Positions 48,123 through 57,585 of a stretch of DNA of 64,000 nt are shown here, piece after piece (the stretch's first letter is position 1; each line of letters begins with the position of its first letter). The DNA is from Planctomycetota bacterium (GTDB lineage: Bacteria > Planctomycetota > B15-G4 > SIAN01). The stretch lies in assembly GCA_031409275.1 (NCBI GenBank), contig JANNXA010000055.1, positions 448,001-512,000 of the forward strand, written 5' to 3'. The notes beneath the pieces are model-generated. The model saw nothing but the letters and a program-made list of their open reading frames with translations, did no database searches and was not told where the DNA came from. Both the position numbers and the translations under genes were made by a program.

Positions 48123-50302
48123 GCGCGACGGCTTCACCGCCCCCGCAGACCACTCCCGCTGCCGCGGTCGCTCCTGCGGCGCCGTCGCTGGCTCAGCGGC
48201 TGCGCGAAGTCCAGGTCGGGGCGCGCCGCGATCTCGAAGTGACGCGCCACGTCTTCCGTGGCGAAGTGGCCTACGTGCTGCGCGACCCGCTGACTCTCGC
48301 TCACCATCGCGTCGGCCCGTCCGAGTACGCGATCATCGTGGCCCTCGACGAGACGCGCACGCTCGGGGCGATCTTCGAGGAGTTGGTCCAGCGCGGAGTG
48401 GTCGCCCACGACGAGGAGGAGAACTACTACCGGCTGGTCTACTCGATGCATCGCCTCGGATTCCTGGCGCTTCCGTTGAACGACGAGAAGACGCTGTTTC
48501 GCCGAGCCGAGCAGCAGCGCGCGGCGCATGCGAAGCGCTTCCGGATGGCGTTCCTCTCGCTGCAGATCCCGCTCTGGAATCCCGATCGCTTCCTGCAGCG
48601 CACGCTCCCTTGGGTGCGACTCGCCTTCACCCCCATCGGCGTCGCGATCTGGCTGGCGACGGTCCTGCTCGGCGGGTACGTCGTCGCCGCGAACTTCCAT
48701 GACTTCACGGCACCGATCGTCGACCTGCTCGACGGCCGCGACCTGCCGATGCTGTGGGCGACCTTGATCGGACTGAAGCTGTTCCACGAGTTCGGCCACG
48801 CGTACGCCTGCAGAGGCTTCGGCGGGCTGGTGCCCAAGATGGGCATCAACCTGATGATGCTCACGCCGACGGCCTACGTCGACGCCACCAGCAGCTGGTC
48901 CTTCACCCTGCGCTGGCAGCGCATCGTCGTCTGCCTGGCCGGGATGATCGTCGAGCTCTTCGTCGCCGCGCTGGCGGTCTTCGTCTGGGCGATGACCCCT
49001 CCGGGCGCGCTCCATTCGCTCGCGCATGGCATCGTGGTGATGGCGAGCGCGGTGACGCTGGCCTTCAACCTCAATCCATTCCTGCGCTACGACGGCTATC
49101 ACGCGCTGTGCGACGTGCTCGAGCTCCCGAACCTGCGCGCCCACGCCGAGAGCTACACGCTCTCCCTGGTCCGACGCGTGCTGCTGGGCATGCCGATCGA
49201 ACGGGCGCCGAAGCAGCGACGCCTGCGCTGGCTCTTCGTCTTCTTCGCGCTGGGCTCCGCCGGAAGCCAGCTCGCGCTGATGACGGGCGTCTGCCTCGCG
49301 ATCGCCCACAAGTACTACGCGCTCGGCGTGCTGCTGGGCGTCGGTTACCTCGCCTCCCGCATCGTCAAACTGATCCGTAGCGCGATCGGTGGCCTCGTCC
49401 GCTCGGCCACGACGCCGGCGCTGCGCACGCGCGCGATCGCCATCGCCGTCGGAATGCTCGGGGTTGTGCCGATCGCGCTGCTAAGTCTGCCCATGCCGCC
49501 GCGCGTGCTGGTCACGGGCGTCACCGGACGCCTCGCCGAAGCCACCGTCAGCGCGAGCAGCGACGGCTTCCTCGAAGCGATCGTCGCCCCTGCTGGCACC
49601 CACGTCGAAGCGGGAGCTCCGGTAGTGCGACTCGTCGATCCCGTCGCGGACGGCGCCGTCGCCACGGCGCAGGCGCGCCTGGTTCAGGCGCAGTTGCGAG
49701 AACGGGGACTTGCGCCGCTCGATCCCGCGGCCGCTGCGGCTGCGCATGAACAGTCGCTGCAGGCGCAAGCCGCGCTCGACCACGCGTTGCGCCAGCAGCA
49801 GGATCGGCTCGTCGTCGCCCCCCGGACGGGGACGCTGCTTGCCGTACCGTCTTCCGGCGAGCGCGGCCGTTTCGTGCAACGCGGTGAGGCACTCGGACGG
49901 ATCGTCGACGGCGAGCTGTGCGTGCGTGCCTTGTTGAGCCAGGAGGAGTGGGCCCGTTGCAGCCCATCGGTGGGCGATCGCGTCGAGTTCCGCTCGACGG
50001 CACAGGCGGGTCGCGTGCGGCACGGCACCATCGAGCACATCGTCCCGATGGGGCTTCACGCCCTCGACCCCGACCTCGCGGCGCTCGCGGAGATCGCGGG
50101 TGGCGACATCGCCATCGATCCGCGCACGAACGAAGCGAGTCGCGCCCACTTCCAGCTCGTGGCGCGCCTCGATGAGGACGACGCGGCGGCGGCGCTCGGG
50201 GTCACGGGAGTGCTGCGCCTGTCAGCGCCAGCGACGCCGTTGCGGCACGAAGCGTGGCGGCGGCTCGTGCTCTTCGGTCAGCGCCTGCGCGAAGGCGGCT
50301 GA
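48119..50302 (+). CDS. PqqD/RRE-like domain + site-2 protease (M50) + HlyD-type membrane fusion domain fusion
   Basis: N-terminal YVLRDP..H..EY.II..LD..RTL..I winged-helix-like unit; HEFGH and NLNPFLRYDGY zinc ligands; several TMs; C-terminal SDGFL..G..VEAG and APRTG..G lipoyl-like halves; ATGA overlap. Confidence 0.85.
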   Translation: MSATASPPPQTTPAAAVAPAAPSLAQRLREVQVGARRDLEVTRHVFRGEVAYVLRDPLTLAHHRVGPSEYAIIVALDETRTLGAIFEELVQRGVVAHDEEENYYRLVYSMHRLGFLALPLNDEKTLFRRAEQQRAAHAKRFRMAFLSLQIPLWNPDRFLQRTLPWVRLAFTPIGVAIWLATVLLGGYVVAANFHDFTAPIVDLLDGRDLPMLWATLIGLKLFHEFGHAYACRGFGGLVPKMGINLMMLTPTAYVDATSSWSFTLRWQRIVVCLAGMIVELFVAALAVFVWAMTPPGALHSLAHGIVVMASAVTLAFNLNPFLRYDGYHALCDVLELPNLRAHAESYTLSLVRRVLLGMPIERAPKQRRLRWLFVFFALGSAGSQLALMTGVCLAIAHKYYALGVLLGVGYLASRIVKLIRSAIGGLVRSATTPALRTRAIAIAVGMLGVVPIALLSLPMPPRVLVTGVTGRLAEATVSASSDGFLEAIVAPAGTHVEAGAPVVRLVDPVADGAVATAQARLVQAQLRERGLAPLDPAAAAAAHEQSLQAQAALDHALRQQQDRLVVAPRTGTLLAVPSSGERGRFVQRGEALGRIVDGELCVRALLSQEEWARCSPSVGDRVEFRSTAQAGRVRHGTIEHIVPMGLHALDPDLAALAEIAGGDIAIDPRTNEASRAHFQLVARLDEDDAAAALGVTGVLRLSAPATPLRHEAWRRLVLFGQRLREGG

Positions 50303-50330
50303 TCCCTCGCCGCGAGCCGCTCGCGCAACA

Positions 50331-51425
50331 TCACTTCCCGATCAGGAAGTGGCAGACGTCGCCTTCGCGCAGCACGTACTCGCGCCCTTCCGAGCGCATC
50401 TTTCCCGCAGCCTTGATGCCCGCCTCCGACTTGTAGGCGATGAGGTCGTCGATCGAGTACACATCGGCCCGGATGAAGAGCTTCTCGAAGTCGGTGTGGA
50501 TCACGCCGGCCGCCTTCGGCCCGGCATCCCCCTTGTGGATCGTCCAGGCCCGGATCTCCATCTCGCCGGCGGTGAAGAAGGTCTGCAGACCGAGCAGCGC
50601 ATAGGCCTGGCGGATGAGGCGGTGCAGCCCCGGTTCCTTGAGTCCCATGTCGGCGAGGAACGCGGCGCGATCAGCCGCCTCGAGCGACATGATCTCGCCC
50701 TCGATGGCGCCGGAGAGCGCGACCATCTGCGAGCCGGTGGCGGCGGCGTGCTTGCGAACCACGTCGACTAGCGGCGAGCGGCCGTCGAGGTCGCTGTCCG
50801 CGACGTTTGCCACGAACAGCACGGGCTTCATGGTGATGAGGAAGAGCGGGTCGAGCACGACGCGCTCGTCGCGCGTCCACTCGGTCAGGCGCAACTGCTT
50901 GCCGGCGGCGAGCAGCTTCTCCGCACGATCCATGACCTCCTTGGCGAACAGCGCTTCCTTGTCGCCCGAGCGTGCCTTCTTGCCGATGCGATCGACGCCG
51001 CGCTGCACCGTCTCGAGGTCGGCTAGCGCCAGTTCGACGTCGATCACCTCGATGTCGCGCATCGGGTCGACGGTCCCGCTCACGTGGATGATGTCGCTGC
51101 TCTCGAAGCAGCGCACCACGTGCAGGATCGCATCGCATTCCTTGATGGTGCCGAGGAACTTGTTGCCGAGCCCCTCGCCCGTGCTCGCCCCCTTCACCAG
51201 GCCGGCGATGTCGACGACCTTCAGCGTCGCGGGTACCAGGCGACCGCTGGGGATGAACTCGCGGATCTTCGCGAGCCGATCGTCCGGCACGTCGACGATG
51301 CCGATGTTCGGCTCGATCGTGCAGAAGGGGTAGTTGGCGCTCTCGGCACCGGCCGCCGTGATCGCGTTGAAGATGGTCGACTTGCCGACGTTGGGCAATC
51401 CGACGATTCCGCAGGCCAGTCCCAT
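50331..51425 (-). CDS. ychF: Redox-regulated ATPase YchF (Obg family)
   Basis: GIVGLPNVGKST, NYPFCTIEPN, DIAGLVKGAS.GEGLGNKFL, FFTAG..RAWT, AAGVIHTDF. Confidence 0.97.
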   Translation of the reverse strand: MGLACGIVGLPNVGKSTIFNAITAAGAESANYPFCTIEPNIGIVDVPDDRLAKIREFIPSGRLVPATLKVVDIAGLVKGASTGEGLGNKFLGTIKECDAILHVVRCFESSDIIHVSGTVDPMRDIEVIDVELALADLETVQRGVDRIGKKARSGDKEALFAKEVMDRAEKLLAAGKQLRLTEWTRDERVVLDPLFLITMKPVLFVANVADSDLDGRSPLVDVVRKHAAATGSQMVALSGAIEGEIMSLEAADRAAFLADMGLKEPGLHRLIRQAYALLGLQTFFTAGEMEIRAWTIHKGDAGPKAAGVIHTDFEKLFIRADVYSIDDLIAYKSEAGIKAAGKMRSEGREYVLREGDVCHFLIGK

Positions 51426-51531
51426 GGCGCCCTCTTTGCGACCGTGATTCGCTTGGAAAGGGGCGAGGTTCTACTCGCGAAAGCGCTCCGCGCAGAGGGG
51501 CGCTTGGCGGCACCGGGCGCCGCGCGCCGAT

Positions 51532-53430
51532 TCAGCGTGGCGGAGCGAGGCGCAGCGGTACGACGTTCGACACCGTGGCTGGCAGAACGGCGCTGCCGGG
51601 GCCGCCGCTCGCGGGGCGAAACTCCAGCACGACGAACGTCACGTCGTCGGGGAAGCGCTGCGCATGTTCGAGCAGCCAGGGCGATCGGATCCGGACCAGT
51701 TCGACCTCGGCCGGGGTCGTCGCGGGCCGCTCGGCGGCGGCGACGAGATCGAGCGCGTCGCTGATGAACGGGTGGGTGCGATTGAGGAAGGCGAAGCGCG
51801 GGGTGCCCGCGACGCGGCCGCGCACCGCCAACACGATCGAACCATCCGACGCCACCGGTACCAGCGGCGACTGCTCGACGTCCGCGAGGGCGAGTTCGAC
51901 GGCGTCGGGGCGCGCGAACAGGCGGACGGGCGCCTCCGATGCTGACGCCGGACGTGGCAAGCGCTCGACGAGCGCCTGCTCGCGGCCGTCGACGATGCGA
52001 TAGGTACAGACCAGCGGTTCGAGCGACGGCACCGACGCGAAGGCCGCCATCGACTCCGCGCTGATGAACGCCTGCTGCTCGTCGAGCAGCGCGCGAAACA
52101 GCGGCAACGCGAAGAGTTCCTCGCCTGGCCACGGTGGCCGCAGCGCCGACGCGAGGCCGAACTGGAGCGAACGGGCGATCGAGCGGCCGTTGCGTTCCGC
52201 CTTGACCGGCACCTCGAAGACGACGAAGCGGCGCGCGCGAAGCTCGCTGGCGCGCGCGCGGACGCCGGCCGGGATCGAGCTCGCCCACTCCTGCGCGCGT
52301 CCGAACTCGCGGCGCAGCGGTGCGCCGAACCAAAGCGATCCCGCGACGATCGGCAGCGCAAGGACGAGACTGCCGACGCCGCGACGACCCGTCGAGCGAC
52401 CGAGGAGCCAACCGGTCGCCAGCGCTGCCGCGAGCGCGGCCGGGTAGCTCTTGTAGGCGAGCACCAGCTCGTCGGGTGGCGCGCCGCGGCCGCCCGTGAA
52501 AAGGTCGGGTGCGTAGCCGAGCAGCCCGGCCACCAGCAGGAGCAGCGCGAGCCCTTGTCGCAAGGGCGTGGCGATGCGGCCGCGGCGCGTGGCGATCGCG
52601 ACGATCACCGCGATCAGCGCGATGGCCGAGAGCGCGAGCGTCAGCTCGATTCGCGGCGCGCCGAGTTCGGCGAAGAACGGCAGGAAGAGGCGCTGCATGC
52701 AGAGCAGCAGGCGCGACGGGAAATCGACCAGGAAGTTCGGCGGCAGCGGATAGCCATCGAAGGCGCGCCCCACCGCGAGCCAGCGCAGCAGCAGGAGCAG
52801 CGGAACCACCAGCAACACGAGCCACGGCACGCCGCGCTCGCGACGCGGAAGCACGGCCGCCACGACGACGACGATCACCGGGAGGATCAGCGCCGCGTCG
52901 TACGCGAGCCCCGCCGCGATCAACGCCAGCCACAACGGCACGCTGCCGCCGACGCCGTCGCGCCAGCGCCCAAGCGCGATCAACGCCGCAAACGTGGTGA
53001 TGGCCACCAGCAGGCCGGCCATGCCGCCGTCGAGGTAGCTCACCGTCGCCACTGACCACGGGTGCGCGGCCGCGATCCAGCTGGCGGCGAGGCCCGCGCC
53101 TGCCGACAAGCCGATCAATCGGCGCAGTGCGGTGCCACAGAGCGCCGCGGCGGCGACATGCAGCAGCAGCAGGATGGCGTGGAACAAGGTCGGCGCGGGA
53201 CCGGCGAGTCGCACCAATCCCCACGTCGCCGCATCGGAGAGCGGGCGCCAGTAGCCAAAGAGCCGCATGTCGAGGTGCGGCTCGAACAGCACGGCGCTCG
53301 CCGGCGCTCGCGCGAAATAGTCGACTGCGAGGTAGTCCTCGCTGCGCAGCCCACCGGAGAGCGCGGGCGCTGCCGCCCACGCGGTCGCCAGCAACAGCAG
53401 GAAAACGATGAGCCGGCGCGGCACGTTCAT
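51532..53430 (-). CDS. Multi-TM membrane protein, probable GT-C-type glycosyltransferase with C-terminal soluble domain
   Basis: SEDY luminal acidic motif, YWRPL, FH..LLLH, AAHP, many TMs. Confidence 0.6.
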   Translation of the reverse strand: MNVPRRLIVFLLLLATAWAAAPALSGGLRSEDYLAVDYFARAPASAVLFEPHLDMRLFGYWRPLSDAATWGLVRLAGPAPTLFHAILLLLHVAAAALCGTALRRLIGLSAGAGLAASWIAAAHPWSVATVSYLDGGMAGLLVAITTFAALIALGRWRDGVGGSVPLWLALIAAGLAYDAALILPVIVVVVAAVLPRRERGVPWLVLLVVPLLLLLRWLAVGRAFDGYPLPPNFLVDFPSRLLLCMQRLFLPFFAELGAPRIELTLALSAIALIAVIVAIATRRGRIATPLRQGLALLLLVAGLLGYAPDLFTGGRGAPPDELVLAYKSYPAALAAALATGWLLGRSTGRRGVGSLVLALPIVAGSLWFGAPLRREFGRAQEWASSIPAGVRARASELRARRFVVFEVPVKAERNGRSIARSLQFGLASALRPPWPGEELFALPLFRALLDEQQAFISAESMAAFASVPSLEPLVCTYRIVDGREQALVERLPRPASASEAPVRLFARPDAVELALADVEQSPLVPVASDGSIVLAVRGRVAGTPRFAFLNRTHPFISDALDLVAAAERPATTPAEVELVRIRSPWLLEHAQRFPDDVTFVVLEFRPASGGPGSAVLPATVSNVVPLRLAPPR

Positions 53431-53476
53431 GGCCCTACAATAGTCGCGCCCAATCCCTCTCGAAGGCGCGCGCCCC

Positions 53477-54652
53477 ATGGCTCGTCGTTCCCGACCCCGC
53501 CAAGATCCCGACGACGAAGAAGTTTCGCAGTCGCAGCGCGAAGCGCTCTCGACCTCCGAAGCGGGCGCCCCGAACGCGCTCGTGGTCGGGCTCGACTGCC
53601 GCTCGATGAACCTCTACCGCTTCCTGCGCGTCCGTTTTCCGGACCAGTCGCATGGCGAGCTGCGCCGCTGGATCGCCGCCGAGCTCGTCAAGGTGAACGG
53701 CGAGGCGATCGCCGACTCACGACCGCTGCGTTTCGGTGACGTCGTCACCATCGACGCCGACGTCAAGAAGCGCAAGAAGCCCAAGGCGCTTTCCGACCTG
53801 CCGCTGCTGCACCAGGACTCGGCGATGATCGCCGTCGACAAGCCGAGCGGTCTCGCGACGGCAGCCGAACGCAGCGTGCGCCAACCCGACATGCTGACGC
53901 TGCTCAAGCGCTCGCGGCCGGACGACCACGTCAAGCTGGTCCATCGCATCGACAAGCACGCGAGCGGCGTCGTGGTCTTCGCGCTCGGCAAAGAGGCGAA
54001 GAGCGCGCTGACCGCCGAGTTCGCCGGACGGCGCGTGCTGAAGGACTACCTCGCGCTGGTTTCCGGCCACGTCGACGACGAGCCGCAGATCATCGACGCG
54101 CCGCTGACGCCGCGCCTCGGTCGTGTCCACCGGATGGCCGTGACGCCGGGCCACGGCAAACCCTCGGTGACGCTGGTGCGCACGTTGCTGCGCTTCCGCG
54201 GCTACTCGCTCGTGCACGCCCGACCGCTCACCGGCCGCACCCACCAGATCCGCGCCCACCTGCGCCACCTCGGCCACTCCCTGGTGGGCGACACGGTCTA
54301 TGGAGGCGAAGAGCAGCTGCTGCTCTCCAAGCTGAAGCACGGCTATCGACCAGCGCGCGGCGAAACGGAGCGACCGCTGCTCGCCCGCCTTGCGCTGCAC
54401 GCCCACCAGATCACCCTGACGAGTCCCGCGGACGGCAAGCAGCTCACGCTGCGCTCGCCGCTCCCCAAGGACCTGAGGTCGGCGCTCAAGCAACTGCAGA
54501 AGGGGGCCGGGGTGCGGACGGTCGCCTCGCTCGAGCAGTTCCTCGACGCTCCCATCGGGCCGCTCGGGGCGGACGATCCCTTTGCCGGCCGCATGGCCGA
54601 GGCGCTCGCCTTGCTCCCGGCGCGTGGAGGCGAGGAACCAGCGCCGGATTGA
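53477..54652 (+). CDS. RluA/RluD-family pseudouridine synthase with S4 domain
   Basis: VKVNG, VDKPSG, catalytic [38 protein letters not shown]. Confidence 0.93.
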   Translation: MARRSRPRQDPDDEEVSQSQREALSTSEAGAPNALVVGLDCRSMNLYRFLRVRFPDQSHGELRRWIAAELVKVNGEAIADSRPLRFGDVVTIDADVKKRKKPKALSDLPLLHQDSAMIAVDKPSGLATAAERSVRQPDMLTLLKRSRPDDHVKLVHRIDKHASGVVVFALGKEAKSALTAEFAGRRVLKDYLALVSGHVDDEPQIIDAPLTPRLGRVHRMAVTPGHGKPSVTLVRTLLRFRGYSLVHARPLTGRTHQIRAHLRHLGHSLVGDTVYGGEEQLLLSKLKHGYRPARGETERPLLARLALHAHQITLTSPADGKQLTLRSPLPKDLRSALKQLQKGAGVRTVASLEQFLDAPIGPLGADDPFAGRMAEALALLPARGGEEPAPD

Positions 54653-54676
54653 CCGGGAGCAACCCGCGCCTAAGCT
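54649..54676 (+). promoter_or_regulatory. Sigma70-like promoter for rpmH
   Basis: TTGACC-N16-TAAGCT. Confidence 0.6.
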
Positions 54677-54707
54677 GTTCGCCCCCAGAGCCAAAGGACT
54701 TGTTCGC

Positions 54708-54839
54708 ATGAAGATCCGCAACTCGAACCAGAAGCGCTCCAAGATGACGGGCTTCCGCACCCGGATGAAGACCGTCGGCGGGCGCAACATCCTGCGCCGC
54801 CACCGCAAGATCGGTCGCAAGCTGACGCCGAAGGGCTAA
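54708..54839 (+). CDS. rpmH: 50S ribosomal protein L34 (divergent N-terminus)
   Basis: 43 aa, highly basic: KR...[20 protein letters not shown] aagga. Confidence 0.88.
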   Translation: MKIRNSNQKRSKMTGFRTRMKTVGGRNILRRHRKIGRKLTPKG

Positions 54840-54873
54840 GCGCCCATCCCGGCGGGACCGATCGGGCCGGGCG

Positions 54874-55713
54874 TCACGGTGCATCACTCTTCGCTGCGGG
54901 CGAATGCGCCGGCGCATCGCGGCGGTGCGTCTGCAACGATTCCTCACGACCGGCCGCGAGCTGCTTCAGCTCCCACAGCTTGGCGTACTTGAGGAAGACG
55001 TAGAACGCGCCAATCGTCGCCAGCAAGAAGCCGCGCGCCCCGTCAAGGAAGCCGCGCCTCACGACGAACATGCGCAGGAAACGTGCGGGCGGCCGCACCA
55101 GCAGATCGCGCCATCGGAACGCGACACCGCGCTGCGCGAGTCCCTGCGCCATCGTGGTCGTGTAGCGATTCACCTTCTCGAGATGGTGCGCGACGTCGCG
55201 GTAGGCGTAGTGCCACAGCGCCCCGTCGAGCCGCCCCACCCGGCCTCGCACCTCGACGCGATCGTGCGGATCGGCACCGGTCCAGCCGCCTTGTCGGCGA
55301 TCGAACAGGCGCAGCCGCCATTCGGGCCACCAACCGCAGTGCTCGATGAAACGACCGACGTAGGAGGTCTTGCGCGCGAGCTCGAAGCCCGCGGCGCCGG
55401 GTTCACCCGCCAGCACGGCACGCACGGCAGCCGCCAGTTCCGGCGAGAGCTCTTCGTCGGCATCGAGGCAGAGCACCCAGTCGTGCTCGGCGAGCTCGAC
55501 CGCGCGCGCCTTCTGGGCGACGTGGCCGCGGAACGGCTCGACGAACGTGCGCGCGCCGGCAGCCTGCGCAATCGCGACCGTTCGATCGGTCGAACCCGAA
55601 TCGAGGACGACGATGTCCGCGGCGAAAGCGGCCGAGGCGAGGCAGCGCGCGAGGCGCTGCTCCTCGTCGCGCGTGATCACGCACAGACTCAACTTCAGGG
55701 TCGAGACGCTCAT
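54874..55713 (-). CDS. Glycosyltransferase family 2 (WaaE/KdtX-like)
   Basis: ITRDEE, LDSGSTDRT, WVLCLDADE, WWPE..LRLF, H..K.NRYT, GFLDG..GF. Confidence 0.9.
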   Translation of the reverse strand: MSVSTLKLSLCVITRDEEQRLARCLASAAFAADIVVLDSGSTDRTVAIAQAAGARTFVEPFRGHVAQKARAVELAEHDWVLCLDADEELSPELAAAVRAVLAGEPGAAGFELARKTSYVGRFIEHCGWWPEWRLRLFDRRQGGWTGADPHDRVEVRGRVGRLDGALWHYAYRDVAHHLEKVNRYTTTMAQGLAQRGVAFRWRDLLVRPPARFLRMFVVRRGFLDGARGFLLATIGAFYVFLKYAKLWELKQLAAGREESLQTHRRDAPAHSPAAKSDAP

Positions 55714-55796
55714 CGTGGCGCATCTTGGCCGCTATCGACGGCGGCGGCAAACGGCGCGTGCTTGACCGCATGCGGCATCGCTGCTTGAACGCTCGG

Positions 55797-56288
55797 GTGC
55801 CTCGCCCCTCGAAGCGCTCCGCCTCATCCCCTGCGGCTCCTGCCTCGAACGGCGCGCGCCACGGCCGCAGTGGCTGTTTCGGCTGCGACCCGCGCGTCGC
55901 AGGCGGCCTCGCCCTGCGCTTTCGAGCGCAAGTGGATCAGCCGGCCGGCAGCGTGGTCGCGGCTTGCCGCTTGAGCCGCCGTTTCATGGGACCGCCGGGC
56001 TACGCCCATGGCGGCGTGATCTCGGCGCTGCTCGATGAGGCGATGGCCAAAGTGACGGCGTCGCTGGGCGTCATGGCGTTCACGAGCCGCCTCGAAGTGA
56101 AGTTCCTGCGGCCGGTGCCGCTGGGAGTCGCGCTGGTCGTGCGTGGCTGGCCACGCTGGCGCCGAGGACGGGTGCTGGCGCATGCGGCGGCGATCGAGGA
56201 CGCCACCGGTCGCTGCCTCGCGACGGCGACCGCGCGCTTCGTCGAGCCGCGCGAGCCGTTGAGCAGCGCCGTCCGGACCCGCCGATGA
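55797..56288 (+). CDS. PaaI-family thioesterase
   Basis: CFGC..GL.LRF, GPPGYAHGGVISALLDEAM, T..LEVKFLRPVP. Start uncertain. Confidence 0.85.
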   Translation: MPRPSKRSASSPAAPASNGARHGRSGCFGCDPRVAGGLALRFRAQVDQPAGSVVAACRLSRRFMGPPGYAHGGVISALLDEAMAKVTASLGVMAFTSRLEVKFLRPVPLGVALVVRGWPRWRRGRVLAHAAAIEDATGRCLATATARFVEPREPLSSAVRTRR

Positions 56289-57568
56289 GCGGCACCACGA
56301 TCGCCGCGCTGCTCATCTTCGCCGTGACCTACGTCCTCGCCTCGATGCGACGGGTGCCGTTCTTCAACCTCGATCGGCCGGGCGTCGCACTGCTCGGCGC
56401 GGTCGCGATGGTGGTGAGCGGCGCGCTGCCGCTCGACGAGGCCTACCAGGCGATCAACCTCGACACGCTGGCGCTGCTGCTCGGAATGATGGTGCTCATC
56501 GCCTACCTGCGCCTCGCCCGCTTCTTCGAGGCGCTCGCGGCCGCGATCGTCCGTGTCGCGAAGACGCCGCGTCAGCTGCTGGTCGGCCTCGTCTTCGCTG
56601 CCGGCATCCTCTCCGCGCTCTTCGTGAACGACACGATCTGCCTGCTCTTCACGCCGATCCTGTTGGCGGCGACACGCAGCGCCGGCCTGCCCCCGATTCC
56701 CTACCTGCTGGCGTTGTGCACCGCGGCAAACATCGGCAGCGTCGCCACGCTGACCGGGAACCCGCAGAACATGCTGATCGGCATCTTCAGCGGCATCAGC
56801 TACGGTCGCTTCCTCGCGGTGCAGCTGCCCGTGGCGCTCTTGTCGCTGCTGATCCTGGCGCTCTCGTTGTTGTTCCTGTTCCGCCGCGAACTGCCGGCGC
56901 ACTACCCACGCGCCGCGGACTCGAGTCGCCGCGTCCATCGCCCCCTGGTGCGCCGCCTGCTCGCGGTGGTCGCGTTGGTGCTGGCGGGATTCCTGCTGCC
57001 GATCGAGCGGCTGGTGCCGGGCCTCTCCGCCGGCCAGAAGCTGCCGCTGGTGGCGCTCTTCGGCGCGCTGCTGGCGATGCTGGTCGGCCGCTACCGGCCC
57101 GCGCGCGCATTCGTCCATGTCGACTTCGGGCTGCTGCTCTTCTTCGCCGGCCTCTTCGTTGTAGTGGCCGGCCTCGCGCGCACCGGACTGCTCGATCAGT
57201 TCCACGCCGCGCTCGCGCCACGGATGAGCGGCAGCCTCGGGCGCGAGGTGACGCTCTTCTCGGGCCTGACCGTGGTCGGCAGCAACCTGGTCTCGAACGT
57301 CCCATTCGTGCTGGTCGCGCGCGATTGGATCGGTGCCTTCGCGCGGCCCGAGCTGATGTGGTTGGTGCTGGCGACCGCCTCGACCTTCGCGGGCAACCTG
57401 ACGCTGGTGGGGTCGGTGGCGAACCTGATCGTCGCCGAGCAGGCGCGCGACGTCGCTCCGATCGGCTTCCTCGCCTACCTGCGCGTCGGCTTGCCGGTGA
57501 CGCTGATCACCACGACCTTCGCCATCGCGCTGCTCACCGCCATCGCGACCTCGACCCGGTGGATCTGA
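56285..57568 (+). CDS. ArsB/NhaD-superfamily (YbiR/Lsi2-like) ion transporter
   Basis: LDR.G.AL.GA, LSALFVNDTICL, ANIGS.ATLTGNPQN, SNLVSNVP, STFAGNLTLVGSVANLIV. Confidence 0.9.
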   Translation: MSGTTIAALLIFAVTYVLASMRRVPFFNLDRPGVALLGAVAMVVSGALPLDEAYQAINLDTLALLLGMMVLIAYLRLARFFEALAAAIVRVAKTPRQLLVGLVFAAGILSALFVNDTICLLFTPILLAATRSAGLPPIPYLLALCTAANIGSVATLTGNPQNMLIGIFSGISYGRFLAVQLPVALLSLLILALSLLFLFRRELPAHYPRAADSSRRVHRPLVRRLLAVVALVLAGFLLPIERLVPGLSAGQKLPLVALFGALLAMLVGRYRPARAFVHVDFGLLLFFAGLFVVVAGLARTGLLDQFHAALAPRMSGSLGREVTLFSGLTVVGSNLVSNVPFVLVARDWIGAFARPELMWLVLATASTFAGNLTLVGSVANLIVAEQARDVAPIGFLAYLRVGLPVTLITTTFAIALLTAIATSTRWI

Positions 57569-57585
57569 CCGCTCTCTGGCGGCCG

